Source: an uncultured virus (IMG/VR IMGVR_UViG_3300042691_036107) (lineage: Duplodnaviria > Heunggongvirae > Uroviricota > Caudoviricetes). From it: a DNA stretch of 54,965 nt. The position numbers were made by a program, and so were the translations under genes. Below the pieces are notes generated by a model. That model ran no database searches. It saw only the letters and a list, made by a program, of their open reading frames with translations, and was not told where the DNA came from. Location of the stretch: the IMG/VR virus record IMGVR_UViG_3300042691_036107. One strand, given 5' to 3'. Shown piece after piece: positions 54,565 through 54,965 of the stretch (position 1 is its first letter; each line of letters opens with the position of its first letter).

Positions 54565-54764
54565 GGCATCAAGCTCCACCGAGCGCGCGCGAGGTCTTCG
54601 CGGAGTTGCGCGTTCTCTTCTTCGAGCGGCCGAACATGATGCGCCCAGAGCTGACCTGCCTGTACGAGTACGGCGAGCCGTCTCGGATCGTTCTCGTCCA
54701 ACAGGCTGAAGCTGTGATCAAGCGTGAGCGCGATCGCACAGATCACTTCCGCGTTCTCAGACAT
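54561..54764 (-). CDS. Hypothetical protein
   Basis: Operon packing. Confidence 0.5.
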   Translation of the reverse strand: MSENAEVICAIALTLDHSFSLLDENDPRRLAVLVQAGQLWAHHVRPLEEENAQLREDLARARWSLMP

Positions 54765-54939
54765 CAACATCGACCACCTCGACGATGTTCGCGGCAGGAA
54801 TCGCAACAACACCGCCAGACCCGAAGGGCCAGCGCACCTGGACACGCCCTTCCGAGGTCTTGCCGATGACCTCGGCCGTCCCGTCGAAGTAGTTCTTCAC
54901 GCCTTTCCAGGTGATCTTCAACCGCTTGGTCTGAGACAA
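54757..54939 (-). CDS. Small SH3-like protein
   Basis: AGGAGAGGA RBS; beta-barrel-like pattern. Confidence 0.5.
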   Translation of the reverse strand: MSQTKRLKITWKGVKNYFDGTAEVIGKTSEGRVQVRWPFGSGGVVAIPAANIVEVVDVDV

Positions 54940-54965
54940 CGCCGTCCTCTCCTTGCTCGCCTGAA

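Overview
A 55-kb segment of a high-GC dsDNA bacterial virus (or provirus). There are no rRNA, tRNA or CRISPR features and no host housekeeping genes. Layout: (i) 1-9.7 kb, putative virion genes: small beta-rich proteins, a 1351-aa protein, three proteins with C-terminal membrane anchors, and basic proteins punctuated by [KR][KR]NP motifs. (ii) 9.8-22.8 kb, an SNF2-type helicase, small accessory genes, two tyrosine recombinases (one Cre-like with adjacent palindromic sites, one catalytically degenerate), a sigma-like protein and a GH46/lysozyme-like lysin. (iii) 23-29.4 kb, a minus-strand structural/receptor-binding module with three tandem paralogous ~340-aa genes. (iv) 29.4-44.7 kb, replication/recombination: Rad50-like ATPase, UDG-PolA fusion, SSB-like protein, Sak4-like AAA ATPase, HNH endonuclease, PD-(D/E)XK exonuclease, dNMP kinase and an intein-containing SNF2 helicase. 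(v) 45-55 kb, further NP-motif proteins and many small accessory ORFs, including a very GC-rich block. Three things stand out. First, the helicase intein carries its Vsr/DUF559-type endonuclease as a separate gene in the +1 frame with its own Shine-Dalgarno, while the intein frame stays open. Second, basic-Asn-Pro motifs recur across the window and delimit modules, one of which also exists as a free-standing gene, suggesting polyprotein processing. Third, no terminase, portal, HK97 capsid or tail-tube gene is recognisable, and membrane-anchored basic proteins are present, which hints at a tailless membrane-containing virus. All family assignments are by eye from motifs; no searches were run.
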